Part shown: positions 58,897 to 64,000 of the stretch, one piece after another
Layout of the letters: every line of letters begins with the position of its first letter
Position numbering within the stretch: the stretch's first letter is position 1
Assembly: GCA_964016885.1 (NCBI GenBank)
Contig: OZ024751.1
Span: 43,276,001 to 43,340,000 of the forward strand
Length of the DNA stretch: 64,000 bases
DNA from: Eledone cirrhosa
Taxonomy: Eukaryota
Direction of reading: 5' to 3'
Program-made: the position numbers and the translations under genes
The notes under the pieces: generated by a model
Database searches by the model: none
What the model saw: the letters and a program-made list of their open reading frames with translations, nothing else
Told to the model about the DNA's origin: nothing

Positions 58897-58973
<77 letters not shown>

Positions 58974-59312
58974 AGTATATATAATTCATAAATATTAATG
59001 TCATTATTCAAATATTATGTTAATGAGTCTAGTAGCCTGTGAAAATGTAAAAGGGAGAAAAATATAGGAGGGGGGGGGGGGCTAAAATAATTAAATAAAT
59101 AATTATTTTTATAGGGTAAGTAAGGCTTACCTCGCTTCTTAGGAAGACACGCCATTGATGTGTTATATATATATATATGGTTATGAGGACGTATGTATAT
59201 ATGTATGTATGAATGTATGTATTGCAGTGACACACATATGTAGACATCTGCTTGTATGTATATATATAGACACACATATTTATACATATATATATATATG
59301 CATATAAATACG

Positions 59313-59344
<32 letters not shown>

Positions 59345-59391
59345 CATATATTATTATATATATATTCATATATATATATATATATTCATAC

Positions 59392-59425
<34 letters not shown>

Positions 59426-59649
59426 ATATATTCATATATATATATTCATATATATATATTCATATATATATATATATTCATATATATATATATATATATT
59501 CATATATATATATTCATATATATATATATATATATATTCATATATATATATATATGAATATTCATATATATATATATATATACATATATATTCATATATA
59601 TATATAGAGAGAGAGATGTTCATATATATGTATATATACATATATTTTC

Positions 59650-59684
<35 letters not shown>

Positions 59685-59764
59685 CATATATATTCATACA
59701 TATATATATTTATATATATACATAAATATTCATACATATATATATTTATATATATATATGTATA

Positions 59765-59810
<46 letters not shown>

Positions 59811-60093
59811 CATATATATTATATATATATATGTATATATGTATATATATATATACATATATATTATATATATATAATATATATGTATATATATATACAT
59901 ATATATTATATATATATAATATATATGTATATATATATACATATATATTATATATATATGAATATATATATATACATATATATACATATATATGAATATA
60001 TATGAATATATATATTCATATATATTATATATATATATATGTATATATACATATATATTCATACATATATATATATATATATACATATATATT

Positions 60094-60137
<44 letters not shown>

Positions 60138-60187
60138 TATTCATACATATATATATATATATATATATACATACATATTCATACATA

Positions 60188-60231
<44 letters not shown>

Positions 60232-60354
60232 TGTAAGATATCCTGAGATACTGTTTATGGTTGATAGTTTTGTTGATTTACACAAACAGACATTTACTTC
60301 CGGCTTACGCTAAGGTTCTGTTTCACTCAGATCATAGGGGCTGGGTACATAGTG

Positions 60355-60434
<80 letters not shown>

Positions 60435-60603
60435 GGTGGTAGTAGTAGTAGTGGTGGTGGTGGTGGTGGTGGTGGTGGTGGTGGTGGTGGTGGTGGTGGT
60501 AGTAGTGGTATTAGGAGATATTATTGAATAATATATGCTTCTGTACGTTTTCTCTGTGTGCGTACGTAGCTCAGTGTTCGTATATATACACTAACACGTA
60601 TAT

Positions 60604-60638
<35 letters not shown>

Positions 60639-60705
60639 CAAACACAGAGACACATGCACATATATACGTATATATATATACATAGAGACACACACACATA
60701 TATAC

Positions 60706-60748
<43 letters not shown>

Positions 60749-60752
<4 letters not shown>

Positions 60753-61231
60753 TACATCGGGAGGGTCATGTTGCCAATAAGAAACACATGCACCAGATAC
60801 TTTCACTTCAATTTATTATAATAAATTTATAAATTTAGGCATTTATAAATTTCCGGTTGGTTGGTTGGTTGGTTCCACAACCAGATGTTTGTTTATATAT
60901 TGTCAAAGTTCTTTCGTCACACATTCTGTGACCTCTTCAGTGACTGGGGATTCTTTTCTTTGTTTTTGTGCCTCTCCTTTGTTCTGTCCTACGCCATCTT
61001 CAATGTGTGGCGAAAGAACTTTGCCAATATATAAACAACCATCTGGTTGTGGAACCAACCAACCAACCGGAAATTTATAAATTCCTAAATTTATAAATAT
61101 ATTATAATAAATTGAAGTGAAAGCAACTGGTGCGTGTGTTTCTTATTGGCAACATGACCCTCCCAAAGTATAACAATATCGGTTTCAACACACGTTTTCA
61201 GATAAAGAATCTTGCTAAACAAATTCAGAAA

Positions 61232-61233
<2 letters not shown>
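60749..61233. mobile_element. Fold-back copy of PLE family C terminus in (TA)n; hammerhead at 60902-60944 (-)
   Basis: Arms ~60749-60925 and ~61002-61175 are inverted; same tail as 36197-36256. Motif: gtca CTGAAGA ggtcacagaatgtgtgac GAAA gaactt tgac. Confidence 0.85.
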
Positions 61234-61292
<59 letters not shown>

Positions 61293-61644
61293 TATATATA
61301 TACATATATATACACACACACACATATATATACATACATCTATTCCTAGTACCGTGAGACAGTGAAACCATAGTTTCTCCATTATTTTATTCAAATTATA
61401 CAAAAACTATTTGTTTTGTTTTGTTTGTCTTTTTATTATTTATTTGTATATGTCTTTATTTATTCTATTTTTTATTTTTGTTTATATATTTGTGTGTTTG
61501 CACTTGTGTATATTCATATATTTTTAGCTGCGTATATAGAAGTATATACTATATACTATATGCTATATATATAATAAGTATATATACGTAAGTTTTGCTG
61601 TGTACTTTAAGCTACTTCAATAATCTTGTGACAAAACAAAATAG

Positions 61645-62938
61645 TAGTATTTCAACATCTCTATCCATCCTCAGTGACGTATAGTCACTCGACACTAAGG
61701 TAGATACGCTAATGACTTATATATAAATTTTGCAAATAATATACCTTTTTGGTTGCTCATTGTACTGCTTAATGAGTATTGCATCCATTATTAAACCTGG
61801 TTTATTATTATTCTTGAGTCATCCGAGGTTTTGAGGCGGTTGTGAGGCATTGACAAAGTTCGAGCTCTAAAGTCCTTGTGAGTGAAATTGGGTAGGCAGA
61901 ATCTGTTTAGAAGCCCGTCGGACGGACTGTACTTGTAATTCAGCGAGCAACCCTTGTTACATACTATATCACGCTGAATCTCCCTGAGAATCACATTAAC
62001 AGTACATTTGCGTGGGGAATACTCATCCAATTGCAAGTTAATTTCCTGAGCAGACCGTTCCGTTGGCGTATTTGTTGCTTTACATATATCTTGGCAGTAA
62101 TTGGTAGAGCGTCGAACAACATGCTTTGCGGCATAGAGTTACGTCCCTTTACGCTCTGAGTTCAAATCCCGCCGTGGTTAACTTTACCTTTCATTCTTAC
62201 GGAATCGATAAAATAAAAGCACCAGTAACGGTCAGGAGTCAATTCAATCGACTTTCCCCTCCCCAAAAATTGTTGGCCTTGTACCTAAATAAGAAACTAT
62301 TATATATGTATTTGTTGGAAGAGGGTCGAACGCCATGCTTTGCAGCATAGAGTTACGGCCCTTTATGATCTGAGTTCAAATCCCGCCGAGGTTAACTTAG
62401 CCTTTCATCCTTACGGGATCGATAAAATAAAGTACCAGTCACGCACTAGGGTCGATTTAATCGACTTTCCCCTCCCCCCAAATTACTGGCCTTGTGCCTA
62501 TATAAGAAACCATTATTCTATAATTTGGTCTATTTGATTGTTAAAGTATTAAATACCCTCTGGTTAATTGCTGTTTGTTTTAAACTGAGTTTTCCTTTCT
62601 TTCGGTAATTCGTTTGTTGAAGAGAACCTTAATACTCGTCTTAGTTAAGATTTCATCAGTGATATTCAGTGTCGTGTAGACATTCGTGTATCTATGTGGA
62701 CATTCTCTATGTCTGTGTATATATATATATTTGTCTTTGTTGTAAACAGGCGTGATGTATCTGCTATCTTCTAACTGAATGTTTACATACCGAAATGGAA
62801 CCGTTCTATAGCTAAGTGTTTTGTTTGCACTCTTTCTCAATGTTGAATATTTGTACGAGGTTGTTTTCGAATGTCTCATGTTTGTTTCTCGACATTTTTC
62901 GCTGTGTCCATTAAGACAATTAAGATATCGTCTACGTA

Positions 62939-62940
<2 letters not shown>
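61645..62940 (-). pseudogene. Highly decayed Penelope-like element (RT thumb to GIY-YIG end to hammerhead core), interrupted by SINEs
   Basis: VPFRYVNIQLEDSRYITPVYNK...HRECPHRY resembles PLE RT LPFLDV...TxVYRK...SECPxRY. IMDAILIKQ near 61790 resembles a GIY-YIG end. CTGAGGA...GAAA at 61650-61674 on the same strand. Confidence 0.5.
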
Positions 62941-63019
<79 letters not shown>

Positions 63020-63025
<6 letters not shown>

Positions 63026-63363
63026 GTGAGGTTTTTTTTACTAATTGAAAAATAACCGAGGTGTCCTATACGAGTGAAAGTATAAAGAAAAAGAGATGAA
63101 ATCGAAAATGCAACTGGAGTCTTATTTTTTTTTTAAATATATATATTTATTTGGTTCCTTTACCGGTTTCGCAGTTCTTCTGCTTTTCAAAAGGTGAGTT
63201 GAGATGGAGGGTCTGTGGTTTTTCGAGAAAAACCACAGACCCTCCATCTCAACTCACCTTTTGAAAAGCAGAAGAACTGCGAAACCGGTAAAGGAACCAA
63301 ATAAATATATATATTTAAAAAAAAAATAAGACTCCAGTTGCATTTTCGATTTCATCTCTTTTT

Positions 63364-63370
<7 letters not shown>
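63020..63370. mobile_element. Fold-back insert (family D): ~290 bp palindrome 63081-63370 with variant hammerheads at 63157-63194 (-) and 63257-63294 (+)
   Basis: Near-perfect ~145 bp arms centred at 63225/6. Motif: cctt TTGAAAA gcag aagaa ctgc GAAA ccggta aagg. Tail 63020-63080; (TA)n flanks. Confidence 0.85.
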
Positions 63371-63412
<42 letters not shown>

Positions 63413-63696
63413 CACCCACCCCACTCTCAAGAGCGTGAAACTAATAAACCTTTGTTCGTACTGCCTCTCTGTTTTGTTTCCGTTCCATTTTTCACTATAT
63501 ATATATATATATATAAAAGAAAGTACAGCATAATCGAAGCTCTGGCTGCAGCTAAGCTACCGAATGCAATCGGAATGTGCAGCTAAGCACTCAATAAGGT
63601 ATTTTACCTTAGAGTAATAACATTACGTTTAGACAGCTTTACAAATTGAAGATTGCGACCGGTAAGCCAGCCGCAGGGACCAAAGCAACGAGAAAA

Positions 63697-63741
<45 letters not shown>

Positions 63742-63818
63742 GAGAGAGAGAGATAAATATATATATATATAGTGTTGTTATTTCTGTTTACCTTTTACAT
63801 ACACATATACACACACAA

Positions 63819-63871
<53 letters not shown>

Positions 63872-64000
63872 TAAAAGGAAAAGAAAATGCTGACAAATTT
63901 TTCCCAGTGAAAAATAGTTTAATTAGGAATAAGTATAAATTAGTAATAAGTATTGGTTAGTATTCAGTTTTAGTTTTAAGTTTTTACCGGTTGCGCATTT

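Overview
Eukaryotic, AT-rich, extremely microsatellite-dense DNA, most consistent with a coleoid cephalopod such as Octopus (inferred from repeat content). Nearly all ORFs in the track are translations of (TA)n/(CA)n/(GA)n/(GGT)n runs. The only host coding sequence found is two phase-0 exons (25186-25359, 25885-26118, +) of an ADAMTS-like 1/3 (punctin/MADD-4) gene, so most of the window is probably intron or flank. The remainder is tRNA-derived SINEs, RTE- and R4/Dong-type LINE 3' fragments, a hAT MITE and minisatellites. The most notable signal is about ten sequence families of short (150-500 bp) inserts inside (TA)n tracts. Most form long fold-back palindromes with a one-sided tail, and most carry a type I hammerhead ribozyme motif (CUGANGA...GAAA...UH) or part of one. 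One is physically linked to a Penelope-like GIY-YIG endonuclease ORF, identifying the class as termini of Penelope-like retroelements. Variants include a U3-A8 covariant core and ribozymes with about 90-115 nt stem II, and several palindrome junctions fall inside the ribozyme. All structures were read by eye; no folding or database search was run.
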